A stretch of DNA of 64,000 nt from an uncultured Candidatus Saccharibacteria bacterium (GTDB lineage Bacteria; Patescibacteriota; Minisyncoccia; Phycocordibacterales; UBA12445): contig CAZHDO010000001.1 in assembly GCA_964531375.1 (NCBI GenBank), positions 2,282 through 66,281 of the forward strand. Reading direction: 5' to 3'. Shown one piece after another: positions 18,685 to 27,696 of the stretch; the first letter of the stretch is position 1, and every line of letters starts with the position of its first letter. A program made the translations under genes and the position numbers. The notes beneath the pieces are model-generated. The model was not told where the DNA came from. It made no database searches and saw only the letters and a list, made by a program, of their open reading frames with translations.

Positions 18685-20355
18685 TTATGAATTAAGTATT
18701 TTATTCATTATTTTTTTTATCTTAATATCACGATCTTCTTTGTTCTGTATCTCTTTCCAATTTGATGAATTGAATAGATGAAGCCAGTCGCCGATATATT
18801 CTATCATATCTGAATGGGGATCATTTCCTTCTCGTATGTTTTCATAATAATGTCTTGGAAAAGATAATTTATCCTTGTCTATTTTAGAATAAATGTTTTT
18901 CCAGTTTAGACCACCTGTATCTACTAAGATGCCTTGTGCAGTGCCACTTAAGAAGTTCGGTATCTCTTTTATTATGTTTGCGTTAAAGAAGCAAAAGTTA
19001 CCCCATAAGTACCACAAATTTTGCCTTTCTTGGTAATGTCCCCAGATAGGTTGTGTTTTTAGGAAGTTAGTAATAGAAGCTGGTCTAATAGGGAATATGT
19101 CGTGGTCTATAAAACCAAAATATTTTGACTTTCTTTTTGAAAAATAGTTTCTATATATCCAATTCATTGATGCTCCGTGGGAGGCTGATCTGGTTAGTGG
19201 GTTGTTCGGAAGTTTTAAATAGGGGATATCGTGCTCTTTGCATAGGTTGAATATTTTTTCTGATGTTTCTTTGTCTGTAGAATTGTCGAAGATTGTATAA
19301 CTATATTTATCCTTAATATTTTTTTTAATAAGCTTGATTTGGTATTCTATTACCTCGGCGTTGTTGAAGGCTATAGAGCCAATGTCTAAAACTTCTTTGT
19401 TTTTTAATTCTTCATCTTTGTAATTTATTTTAAAGCATTTTACGGCAGGGGTATTGTAGAATTCTGTTTCTTTTGTTTTTAGATACAGAAAATTATAAAA
19501 TTCTTTAATTTTATTTACGACAACATCCTTTTTGATTAATTTTTTAATTATTTGCTTGAAATTATGAAAAAGAAGCTGACTGGATAGTTTTAACTCAGTT
19601 CTTTTTGAAAGTAGTTTGTATTCTGTTTTGTTTTCTTGTGGTAATAGCCAGTTATATAAATTTTTAAATACTTCTATTTTTCTTGAGATGTTGTTTTTGT
19701 AAGAATCAATCGATATTCCTCTAATGCTTTGGTTAGGGTTGTCGTAGTAATTAAGTAATGGTTCGTCGATATATGTAAAATTTGTGTTGGTAAGAATCTT
19801 AAGCCAAAGATTATAGTCCTCCATTGCTTTCAATTCTTTCTCCTCAGAAAAACCACCGCAGGAATCAAACACATTCTTTTTAACCAAGACAGAGCTATTT
19901 ATTATCCAATTATCCCTGAGTTCCTTTTTAAAATTTATTCGGTTGTTTTGGTGATTGGTGTGGAAAATGGTTTTTTCTCCGTTGGGTTTGATTTTATACG
20001 CATTTGTACAGATAGCTAAGGTTTTTTCTTTTTCCACTAAGGTTAATTGTTTTTCTAGTTTATCTGGTAACCATTCATCATCGCTATCCAAAAAAGCCAG
20101 CCATTCTCCTTTTGCTATTTTAGCTCCTTTGTTTCTTGGTACAGCCGGAAGTCCACTGTTTTTTTCACTTTTAATAAATTTGACTCTAGAGTCTTTTTTA
20201 ATAAAATTATCAACTATTTCTTTTGTATTATCTGTGGAGTTGTCGTCGCATATAATAATTTCTATTTCTTTTACATCCTGCACAAGGACGCTTTTAACAG
20301 CTCTTTTAATAGTTCCCGCTCTGTTGTACGTTGGTATTATTACAGATACTTTCAT
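18685..20355 (-). CDS. Two-domain glycosyltransferase: N-terminal GT2 (GT-A) domain plus a second C-terminal nucleotide-sugar-transferase-like domain
   Basis: VSVIIPTYNRAGTI...DDNSTDNT...FLDSDDEW are GT2 DxD motifs. The C-terminal 250 aa repeat a GT-A-like pattern (TIFDNSTDKET...GFIDHDIFP). Confidence 0.75.
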   Translation of the reverse strand: MKVSVIIPTYNRAGTIKRAVKSVLVQDVKEIEIIICDDNSTDNTKEIVDNFIKKDSRVKFIKSEKNSGLPAVPRNKGAKIAKGEWLAFLDSDDEWLPDKLEKQLTLVEKEKTLAICTNAYKIKPNGEKTIFHTNHQNNRINFKKELRDNWIINSSVLVKKNVFDSCGGFSEEKELKAMEDYNLWLKILTNTNFTYIDEPLLNYYDNPNQSIRGISIDSYKNNISRKIEVFKNLYNWLLPQENKTEYKLLSKRTELKLSSQLLFHNFKQIIKKLIKKDVVVNKIKEFYNFLYLKTKETEFYNTPAVKCFKINYKDEELKNKEVLDIGSIAFNNAEVIEYQIKLIKKNIKDKYSYTIFDNSTDKETSEKIFNLCKEHDIPYLKLPNNPLTRSASHGASMNWIYRNYFSKRKSKYFGFIDHDIFPIRPASITNFLKTQPIWGHYQERQNLWYLWGNFCFFNANIIKEIPNFLSGTAQGILVDTGGLNWKNIYSKIDKDKLSFPRHYYENIREGNDPHSDMIEYIGDWLHLFNSSNWKEIQNKEDRDIKIKKIMNKILNS

Positions 20356-20358
20356 TTT

Positions 20359-21108
20359 CTATTTTTTAATAAACCAAAAACAACCACATCCATAGTTTTG
20401 TTTATCGACCAATTCTTTGCTCGCATTTTTAATTATTCCAGTTTTTTTAGCGTCGTCTGGAATTAAAGAAAATTCTTTTAATTCAAATCCGTTAAAATAA
20501 GATAATATTTGTTCGTAAGAATAAATTCTGTGCGCGTTGAACATTAGTTTTGATTTACCAACGGGGACCACAAAAATAATATTTCCATTTTTTCTTACGA
20601 CTCTTTTTAATTCCTCTATTGCTTTTATATCTCCACTTGGATCCATTTGGTCGCCGTACCTTCCAAGTCCTATGTGCTCAATAGTATGCATACAAGATAT
20701 TGACTCAACACTATTGTCAGTAAAGGGGAGGAAAGTTAAATCTCCCTTGCCTGTATGATAGTTATCTAGTTTTATGTTTGCAGGTCTATAGTCATAGAAT
20801 TCGGTGGGTATAAAGGCCGATATGAGTGTCGAGAAACATAAAATAGATGAAATGTCTATGTGCTTTTTGGGTTTTATTTCAGCAATTACTCTTGCTGCCC
20901 ATGCGGGATGGTAAATGTAATGAGTGTCAAAAGAAGTGGAGGTGGTTTTGTCCTCTAATTCTGGTTGAATGTTTTTCCACTCCAGCGGAAACCTACTGTT
21001 GTTTTTTTCTTTAAAATTATCATAATCCAACAAAAAAAGAATATAGGAATATATTTTTTTAAATGGTTTTTTTATAAAAGCTGGAACTAGTTTTTTAATA
21101 TCGTCCAT
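20359..21108 (-). CDS. Hypothetical protein, putative SAM-methyltransferase fold (DUF268-like)
   Basis: DNSVESISCMHTIEHIGLGRYGD...NGNIIFVVPVG resembles the MTase motif II/III region. Confidence 0.35.
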   Translation of the reverse strand: MDDIKKLVPAFIKKPFKKIYSYILFLLDYDNFKEKNNSRFPLEWKNIQPELEDKTTSTSFDTHYIYHPAWAARVIAEIKPKKHIDISSILCFSTLISAFIPTEFYDYRPANIKLDNYHTGKGDLTFLPFTDNSVESISCMHTIEHIGLGRYGDQMDPSGDIKAIEELKRVVRKNGNIIFVVPVGKSKLMFNAHRIYSYEQILSYFNGFELKEFSLIPDDAKKTGIIKNASKELVDKQNYGCGCFWFIKK

Positions 21109-21115
21109 ATGGTGC

Positions 21116-22051
21116 TTATTTGAAAAAATTTTTTAAAGACTTCAGATATTTTTTATATTTTGGTTCAATTATGTCTTTTGTATCTTTCTTTGCTTGGTAG
21201 TTTATTAATGTCCCATTAATACCTATCTTATTATTCTTTAGTCTAATGGGTTTTTTTTCTAAATTTTCAAACCAAGAATATCTGTGTTTGCTGCTCATTA
21301 TGTATTCTATATCAGAATCATTTATTTGTGGTAAAAATTTAATTAGGACAGAAAGTCCGACTAGCGACGCCTTTACTTTATTCTCTTCTCTAATGAAGGT
21401 TGAATCATAGCCGTATCTGTGGTAATAAAAACTATCTTCAAGGATTATTATTTTAAAACCAGCACCCAATTGCTTTATTCCAAATGCCCATGAGTCATAA
21501 GCACCACCCAATGTTTCTTCGTACCTCCCAGAAATTTTCCAGCTCTTTTTTGTAAATAAATAGTTTCCACTTGGTCCAGGCCAGTAATATCCTGTCAGCG
21601 CATCCTGTAGTTCTACTTGGTTTTTTTTAAATATCCATTTGTGGTTTATTTCTTTTTTATCTTTTTTAAAATAACGCAATTCTCCAAAAGCCCCTACCTC
21701 AGCCTTGTTTTTCAGCATATGGCTCTTTAGGGGGTATATCGAGTTTGGTGCCAAGATATTGTCAGCATCTAAACAGAAAATAAGTTCATTTTTTGAAAAA
21801 TCTATCCCTGTATTTCTTCCGGCCGCAGCAGAACCTTTGTTTATGTTATGAGATACTGTTTTAATTTCTGGATATTTTTTTTGTAAGCTTTTGATTGTTT
21901 CTAAGGTTTTATCAGTGGATGCGTCGTCTATAATTATCAATTCGTCACCTTGTTCAAAATTATCTTTAAAAATTGATTCGACAGATTCGACTATTGTGTC
22001 TGCGCAATTATAGGCGGGCATAATAAAGCTAATATTTTGATTATCATTCAT
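21116..22051 (-). CDS. Glycosyltransferase family 2 (GT-A); the start is probably the internal Met (MNDNQNISFIMPAYN) rather than 22114
   Basis: ISFIMPAYNCADTI...IIIDDASTDKT...CLDADN are GT2 DxD motifs. Using the long start at 22114 would overlap the upstream gene by 70 nt. Confidence 0.8.
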   Translation of the reverse strand: MNDNQNISFIMPAYNCADTIVESVESIFKDNFEQGDELIIIDDASTDKTLETIKSLQKKYPEIKTVSHNINKGSAAAGRNTGIDFSKNELIFCLDADNILAPNSIYPLKSHMLKNKAEVGAFGELRYFKKDKKEINHKWIFKKNQVELQDALTGYYWPGPSGNYLFTKKSWKISGRYEETLGGAYDSWAFGIKQLGAGFKIIILEDSFYYHRYGYDSTFIREENKVKASLVGLSVLIKFLPQINDSDIEYIMSSKHRYSWFENLEKKPIRLKNNKIGINGTLINYQAKKDTKDIIEPKYKKYLKSLKNFFK

Positions 22052-22964
22052 TTTTTTTAAAGATAGCAATGATTGTGTGCCCCGGTATATATTCGGAAAC
22101 CGAAGACACACCAAGATTTGTTAATCTTACGAATATTTTTTTAATAAAAGACAGGATGGGGATATGTTTTTGTTTCATTTTCTCAATTATTTTCTTTTCA
22201 ATTATTTTTTCTGTAAATCCGAGGTGTTCTCTTTGGGTTGGTTCTAGAAAAATATTCCTTAATTTTATATTAAATGAATCCTGGAGTTTGATTAAAGAAT
22301 TAATATTCCACAGTCCCATGTGGTGGGGGGGCATATTTAAACAAAGGTTATTTTGTTTAAATATAAAGCTGTCGTTGTTTGGTACGCTTATTATCATTAA
22401 TCCACCAGGCTTTAATATTTTTAACGATGATTCTAGAAAAGATTTAACGTTGTTTATATGTTCTAATACTTGAAAAGAACAAACAACATTATAAAATAAG
22501 GGTTTTTTTTGAGAAAACTCTTCAATTGAATCCAGATAAACCGAAAGATTTTTTTCCTTACATTTTTTAACAGCGTTGGAATTTAGTTCCAACCCCTCAA
22601 TATTTGCTCCCTTTATTTTTATTTTTTCAATAAATTTTCCAGCCCCACATCCGATTTCCAACACACTATCGTTTTCTTTTATTATTTTTTCGACTACAGA
22701 ATATTCCCATTTCCAGTCTGAATAATACCAAGGTAGTTTTTCTAGCTCTTGATAAAAAAAATCATCACCAGATAAATTAAAAGGATAATAAAATTCATAA
22801 CCACATTGCACGCACCTAAAAAGTTGAATTTTATTGTTTTTAATTGTAGGAAAAACTATATCATTTTTTAGTTGTTGTTTGTATAGGTCGACAACAACAG
22901 AAGGGTCTATTTCTTTTATTAAAATGGTGTTATTTGTTTTATCGACAGGGCAAACGATTTCCAT
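22044..22964 (-). CDS. Class I SAM-dependent methyltransferase with an N-terminal Zn-ribbon
   Basis: CPVD...CVQCGYEF is a zinc ribbon, then VLEIGCGAGKFI (motif I) and NVVCSFQVLEHINN. Confidence 0.7.
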   Translation of the reverse strand: MEIVCPVDKTNNTILIKEIDPSVVVDLYKQQLKNDIVFPTIKNNKIQLFRCVQCGYEFYYPFNLSGDDFFYQELEKLPWYYSDWKWEYSVVEKIIKENDSVLEIGCGAGKFIEKIKIKGANIEGLELNSNAVKKCKEKNLSVYLDSIEEFSQKKPLFYNVVCSFQVLEHINNVKSFLESSLKILKPGGLMIISVPNNDSFIFKQNNLCLNMPPHHMGLWNINSLIKLQDSFNIKLRNIFLEPTQREHLGFTEKIIEKKIIEKMKQKHIPILSFIKKIFVRLTNLGVSSVSEYIPGHTIIAIFKKNE

Positions 22965-22965
22965 A

Positions 22966-24471
22966 TTAATTTTTTATTATATAACAAATATCATTTTCTG
23001 TTCTGATTCTATCTGGGATTTTATTTTGTGATAAAAAGTCATGTACTGCTTTTGTGCAACCATCCCAAGTATAATAGTCATCGATAATAATCACTCCACC
23101 CTTGGCAACGTTTTTATATAGATTATTTAAGCAAACCATTGTTGAATCATACCAATCAGAATCAAGTCGAAGTACTGCAATTCTTTGAGCTGGTATAAAG
23201 GGGGGGAGTGTTTCGTTAAACCATCCTTTTATTATTTGGTAATCTTTGACCTTGCTTTTTTTCATAGCATCTTCAGCATATTTAATTTCAGCAGAGCAGT
23301 TGTCAAAATATATTGGTGATTTTGTGTCTTTTTGCCAATTAATAGCCGATTCCCCGTCAATTTCTCTTGCTTTTGGTAGTCCTTCAAAACTATCAAATAA
23401 GTAGTATTTTCTGTCTCCATTAAGAACGTCTGCCACCGCCGCAATCATTCCACCTCTCCAAACACCGCATTCAACCACACATCCGTCTATGTGTGAAAAT
23501 CTATTTATTAAACCAAGATTATTACAAAAAATTTTCTTTGGAATCATTGTAAAATCGCGATATTTTTCAAATATCGAATTTTGTCTAGACTCCAAGTTTA
23601 TTTTTTTGATTTTTCTAATTAGTAGTTTAAATGGGTATTTTATAAAAGAGGGGGTAACTCTTTTTATTTTTTTAATAAAAAGGTTTTTGATACTTCCATT
23701 GAAGTGGTCTTGATAAGTAAATAAGTCCGCTAGGTAATTTCGCATTGTAATTTTAGGGTGTGTGAGCGGAAGGGTTATTTCTTCGGATTGTAGATTTGCG
23801 TATTTTGCGGGTTTTTTTGTGTGGGTTGCCTCATTATTAAATCCAATATTTGAAACTAAATTTACATTTGGTAAAATCGCTAATCCCTTGTGTTTGTGTA
23901 CCGATAAATTCCACTGGGCATCCCATATGTGTTTTCTCATTTCGGAATTAAGGAGTTCAAAATCATTATATTTCCATGCCCTTCGCCATGTTGCCCAGCC
24001 CCAATTGTGGGTATATTCAGAAAAATAATATGACCCCCAGCCTCTTTTTCTTCCATATTGGAAATTATCTCCACTAATATGCATTATTTTTTCATTACCC
24101 TTGTATTTAGATAAAAGTTCTTGGCAGAAGTAAAAAAAGGATTGATTTGGAACACAGTCATCTTCCAAAATTATGCCTGCCTCAACGTTATCGAAAAACC
24201 AGTTGATTGCGGTTACTGGACCAAGTCCACAACCCAGATTCTTCTCTTGAAAAAGTTTTTTAACCTCACAATCCCAGTCTATTTTTTCAGTAATCTTTCT
24301 GGATTCTATGCATTTTTCTTTCTCGTTTATCGTATTTTCTCTATAGCCATCTTGGGCTATAAATAATTTCTTTGGTTTTATTTTCCTTATCTCTTCGAAT
24401 ACAACTTTTGTTGTATCTGGGCGGTTAAATATTATAAATAGTATAGGGGTATTAAAGTCTGCTTTTTTCAT
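22966..24471 (-). CDS. Fusion protein: N-terminal GT-A-like glycosyltransferase domain (GNT-I/HlpA-like) plus a C-terminal TylF/MycF-family (macrocin-type) sugar O-methyltransferase
   Basis: N-terminus: TPILFIIFNRPDTTKVVFEEIRKIKPKKLFIAQDGYR. C-terminus: GCVVECGVWRGGMIAAVADVLNGDRKYYLFDSFEGLP...LRLDSDWYDSTMVCL...GGVIIIDDY matches TylF family motifs, including metal-binding DxD. Confidence 0.7.
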   Translation of the reverse strand: MKKADFNTPILFIIFNRPDTTKVVFEEIRKIKPKKLFIAQDGYRENTINEKEKCIESRKITEKIDWDCEVKKLFQEKNLGCGLGPVTAINWFFDNVEAGIILEDDCVPNQSFFYFCQELLSKYKGNEKIMHISGDNFQYGRKRGWGSYYFSEYTHNWGWATWRRAWKYNDFELLNSEMRKHIWDAQWNLSVHKHKGLAILPNVNLVSNIGFNNEATHTKKPAKYANLQSEEITLPLTHPKITMRNYLADLFTYQDHFNGSIKNLFIKKIKRVTPSFIKYPFKLLIRKIKKINLESRQNSIFEKYRDFTMIPKKIFCNNLGLINRFSHIDGCVVECGVWRGGMIAAVADVLNGDRKYYLFDSFEGLPKAREIDGESAINWQKDTKSPIYFDNCSAEIKYAEDAMKKSKVKDYQIIKGWFNETLPPFIPAQRIAVLRLDSDWYDSTMVCLNNLYKNVAKGGVIIIDDYYTWDGCTKAVHDFLSQNKIPDRIRTENDICYIIKN

Positions 24472-24480
24472 TTTTATAAA

Positions 24481-25173
24481 TTATTTAATTAAATCAGCAA
24501 AAATATTACCTTCTTCTGTTCGGTCTTTTCCTGGTCTGTATTCCTTTGGTATTTCTTTTGACAGGCTTTTGTTTCTGCTATTAAAGATAATGTTACTATA
24601 TCCTATCATTTTTGCGATTTCATTTAAATAATTTGGGGTTAGTAGGTTTTTATGTATGTGCTTATCCCATTCTTCGACATAGACACCTTCTTTTCCTTTA
24701 TTAAAATTAGAATTTTTTCGCATCGAATATAGAAGATTTGGTGTATTTATTCTATGTATTGAATTACGTTTTAGAACCCTAAAGGTCTCTGATAGAAAAA
24801 TAATTTGTTCTTTTTGGTCTAGATGCTCTATAAAATCCTCATGGAAAATAACGTCAATTGAATTATCGCTAAAAGGTAACCCTGTTTTCAAAATATTGAC
24901 GCCAAAGAAGTCATCTATATTACCTCTTATTGTTTCTGGGTAGTATACGTCAGTATATGATTCAAGATATTTTTCGAAAGGTTCAAAAGAAAGATCTATG
25001 TTTACCCAGCCCTTGATTATTCTAGGACCACAGCCAAAATGTAATTTTATATTTTTTTTATTTTCGCAAAATTTTGAAAGTTTTTTATGCTCTTTAAGTC
25101 TATAAAAATCATCAATTTCTTTGATTTTTTTTTGATGTTCATTATTTATTTTTCTCAGTATTCTTTCGAACAT
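24481..25173 (-). CDS. Class I SAM-dependent methyltransferase
   Basis: LHFGCGPRIIKGWVNIDL is motif I. DVIFHEDFIEHLDQ is also present. Confidence 0.6.
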   Translation of the reverse strand: MFERILRKINNEHQKKIKEIDDFYRLKEHKKLSKFCENKKNIKLHFGCGPRIIKGWVNIDLSFEPFEKYLESYTDVYYPETIRGNIDDFFGVNILKTGLPFSDNSIDVIFHEDFIEHLDQKEQIIFLSETFRVLKRNSIHRINTPNLLYSMRKNSNFNKGKEGVYVEEWDKHIHKNLLTPNYLNEIAKMIGYSNIIFNSRNKSLSKEIPKEYRPGKDRTEEGNIFADLIK

Positions 25174-25180
25174 TTTTTCT

Positions 25181-26005
25181 TTAGTTTATGCTTATAAATT
25201 TTTTATTTATAGCTATTATGTTTTGGTATATAAAAATCTCATTTTTTGAATTATATTCACCAAGAGGGAGGAGGGAGTTTTTCTTTAAGCGATAAAATTC
25301 AAAATTATTTAGTAAATTATAAAAATCTTTCAAGAAAACACGACCTGAGATGTTTGGTTCGTTAAATTCAAATTGTATTACTTTAATTTTATTTTTTTTA
25401 AGTAACTCCTTGGCCCCTTTTAAGACTTGCAATTCAAGACCTTCAACGTCTATTTTAACGAAATCTATCTCATCAATTTTATTTTTCGAGCAATAATTAT
25501 CTATGGTGTCAGAATAAAAGTTAATTTCTTCAATTTCATCCGGAATGTTGTAATTTTTTAAAATTTCTCGATTTGTTGTTCCTAGCTGTGTTCCTGGAAG
25601 GTTTTTGTAAGAATAAAGGGTTTTTTCCGGGGTTAATATCTCGCCCATTCCTTTATTTTCACAAAAGATATTTTTTTCCTTAGATGTTTTTTTTAAAATT
25701 TCATAAGCTCTTGGATTTGGTTCAAAAGAAAAGATGTCGGCCTTTTTGTAGTACGCTCTTAATAAATGGCTGTATTCTCCAACGTTGGCACCAATATCAA
25801 AGAATATGGTTTTTTTTTCTTGGGATAGGTATTTAGACAAACCATCTTTAATAAGATATTTCTCACCAGTTTTTTCTGCGTCCCCGAAGTCTCCAATGCC
25901 GATTTCAGAATGGGCAAATCGCAGGATATCTAGGTTGATTAACGATATTAGAGATTTAATCAATTTTATTGTTAGGTTTCTAATTCTGGATTTTATCTCT
26001 TTCAT
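25181..26005 (-). CDS. FkbM-family methyltransferase
   Basis: FFDIGANVGEYS...FSFEPNPRAYEIL...FVKIDVEGLELQVLKG is the FkbM signature. Confidence 0.75.
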   Translation of the reverse strand: MKEIKSRIRNLTIKLIKSLISLINLDILRFAHSEIGIGDFGDAEKTGEKYLIKDGLSKYLSQEKKTIFFDIGANVGEYSHLLRAYYKKADIFSFEPNPRAYEILKKTSKEKNIFCENKGMGEILTPEKTLYSYKNLPGTQLGTTNREILKNYNIPDEIEEINFYSDTIDNYCSKNKIDEIDFVKIDVEGLELQVLKGAKELLKKNKIKVIQFEFNEPNISGRVFLKDFYNLLNNFEFYRLKKNSLLPLGEYNSKNEIFIYQNIIAINKKFISIN

Positions 26006-26006
26006 G

Positions 26007-27314
26007 TTATTTTGTTTTAATTGTTTTGTAATTCAAAATTGATGATAGTTTGCCCATTTTTTTCCATCTGTAATCGAGCCTATAATTATTTGCGTCTGTT
26101 ATTTCAAAACTAAGATTTTTTTTAAGGTCAACATATTCTACAAAAGGCTTTTGCAGGGAGACTTCAATATAGTATTGATTTATATTTAAGAGGTTTTTGG
26201 GTACTTCTATCGTTGTTTTATAAACTCCTGGCTGGTAATCTTTAAGACAAGGAGAACCGTCTGTTTCAGAAGAATGCAGTATTAATTCCCCGGAAACTCC
26301 ATAGAATAGTACACAAATTAATGCTTTAGGTAATGGTTCTTTAATTAAATATTCAATTTCTATCGAAAAATTTTCATCAACAGGAATAAAGTTACTTGGG
26401 TCATTGTTCTTGTTTAGAAAAGAAATTTTTGTTATTTGATGTTTTTTACTGGGATCTTCTTCATAAGAGCTAACTGATTCGCTTTTATTGCTGGATAGAT
26501 TGATATAGTCCTGGATTGCTTCAGATGTTTCTTTAAAGCTTTTAATTTGACCTTTTTCTAAAACAATACATTTTTGGCAGAGGTTTTGAATTGCACTTAT
26601 GTTGTGACTAACAAAGAGAACCGTTCGTCCTCCTTCTTTTGATATCTCTCCCATTTTTCCGAGACATTTTTTTTGAAATTCAGCATCACCAACTGCAAGT
26701 ACCTCGTCTATTATAAGAATGTCTGGTTCCATGTGTGCTGCCACAGAGAAGGCGAGGCGGACATACATCCCCGACGAGTAGTATTTAACAGGTGTGTCTA
26801 GGAATTTTTCAATCCCAGCGAACTCTACGATTGTGTCAAATTTTTCACCAATTTCTTTTTGTGACATACCGAGAATAGCTCCATTTAAGAAAATATTCTC
26901 TCTTCCTGAGAGTTCTGGATGAAATCCTGTGCCAACCTCAAGAAGTGAACCGACTTTTCCATGAAGTTTTATTTCACCATGCGTTGGCGGTGTTATTTGA
27001 GATAAAATTTTTAGTAAGGTTGATTTTCCGGCACCATTTCTTCCAATTATTCCAATTACTTCACCTTTTTTAACCTCAAAACTCACGTCTTTAAGTGCCC
27101 AAAATTCTTCCTTGGTTTCCATGCCAGCCACCTGTTTGGCTTTCTTTTTTAGAAAAGCAAAAGGGGAGGTTATTGCATTTGTAAGAATATCTCGTAGTGC
27201 AATATAATTACCTCTTTGGTGTGTAATGTTATATCTCTTGCTTATGTTTTTTACTTCAATAATTGGATGGTCCATTTTTTTATTAATATTATTCTCTTTT
27301 GATTCTTTGTGCAC
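26007..27314 (-). CDS. wzt: Polysaccharide ABC exporter ATP-binding protein (Wzt/TagH-type) with a C-terminal extension of about 170 aa resembling the carbohydrate-binding domain of Wzt
   Basis: Walker A is GIIGRNGAGKSTLLKIL, the signature is YSSGMYVRLAF, and Walker B is ILIIDEVLAVGD. The C-terminal extension is predicted beta-rich. Confidence 0.85.
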   Translation of the reverse strand: MHKESKENNINKKMDHPIIEVKNISKRYNITHQRGNYIALRDILTNAITSPFAFLKKKAKQVAGMETKEEFWALKDVSFEVKKGEVIGIIGRNGAGKSTLLKILSQITPPTHGEIKLHGKVGSLLEVGTGFHPELSGRENIFLNGAILGMSQKEIGEKFDTIVEFAGIEKFLDTPVKYYSSGMYVRLAFSVAAHMEPDILIIDEVLAVGDAEFQKKCLGKMGEISKEGGRTVLFVSHNISAIQNLCQKCIVLEKGQIKSFKETSEAIQDYINLSSNKSESVSSYEEDPSKKHQITKISFLNKNNDPSNFIPVDENFSIEIEYLIKEPLPKALICVLFYGVSGELILHSSETDGSPCLKDYQPGVYKTTIEVPKNLLNINQYYIEVSLQKPFVEYVDLKKNLSFEITDANNYRLDYRWKKMGKLSSILNYKTIKTK

Positions 27315-27356
27315 TTGATATTTTTATCTATTTTTTGCTATTCTATATGCATAAGT

Positions 27357-27435
27357 GCCTTCGGGCTTGCCCTGCGAAAGCAGGGAGAAAAGTGAAAGGT
27401 CGTCAAAGTATATCTTTGACGGCTTTTCTTATTCT
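27357..27435 (+). ncRNA. Candidate small structured RNA or regulatory element (antisense to the wzm-NYN-wzt transcript), with promoter-like TTGATA-18-TATTCT at 27315-27344
   Basis: Going 5' to 3' on the plus strand: a cUUCGg hairpin (gcc-ttcg-ggc), a 6-7-bp stem capped by a GNRA tetraloop (ccctgc-gaaa-gcaggg), then a terminator-like hairpin (gtcgtcaaag-tatat-ctttgacggc) followed by ttttctt. The canonical UNCG/GNRA loops exist only in the plus orientation. Confidence 0.25.
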
Positions 27436-27615
27436 TTCGAAAATTTCCATATCTATAAAACTTATTTTATTAGCAAAACGCTTAATATCAATGACTCGCA
27501 TTTGCGAAATAATAGCGGAGGCTTCTTTGCCTTCTATTGCATGGTATAGCTTTTCGCTATCCATATCATGAATTTCTATCTTTTTTTTATTCCATTTATC
27601 GAATTCTTTTTTCAT
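27403..27615 (-). CDS. Small hypothetical protein (70 aa) between the NYN gene and wzt
   Basis: An ORF with charged, coiled composition, co-directional with and 80 nt downstream of the NYN gene. No recognisable motif. Confidence 0.3.
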   Translation of the reverse strand: MKKEFDKWNKKKIEIHDMDSEKLYHAIEGKEASAIISQMRVIDIKRFANKISFIDMEIFERIRKAVKDIL

Positions 27616-27696
27616 TTTTGTTTGACTTTTATTTTTTGGTTTGATATTATTATTAGGTATCCAAAATAGAAAAGAGTGCCCTGTAAGGTTCCGTCC

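Noticed and set aside
17142-20395. Plus-strand ORFs 17142-17447 and 19955-20395, and similar shadow ORFs across the island (e.g. 1881-2578, 7535-7940, 8237-8419, 9309-9527, 13440-14349, 22069-22473, 23489-24366, 25785-26042)
   Set aside because: Each is fully contained antisense within a well-supported glycosyltransferase, methyltransferase or binding-protein gene, and has low-complexity composition.
27355-27440. Whether the tetraloop-rich element is SRP RNA, RNase P RNA, tmRNA or 6S RNA
   Set aside because: It has no SRP domain-IV motif (GGAAGCAGCC-type), no RNase P P4 (GGAAAGUCC) and no tmRNA tRNA-like end. At about 80 nt it is too short for RNase P or tmRNA. It is kept only as an unclassified candidate sRNA.
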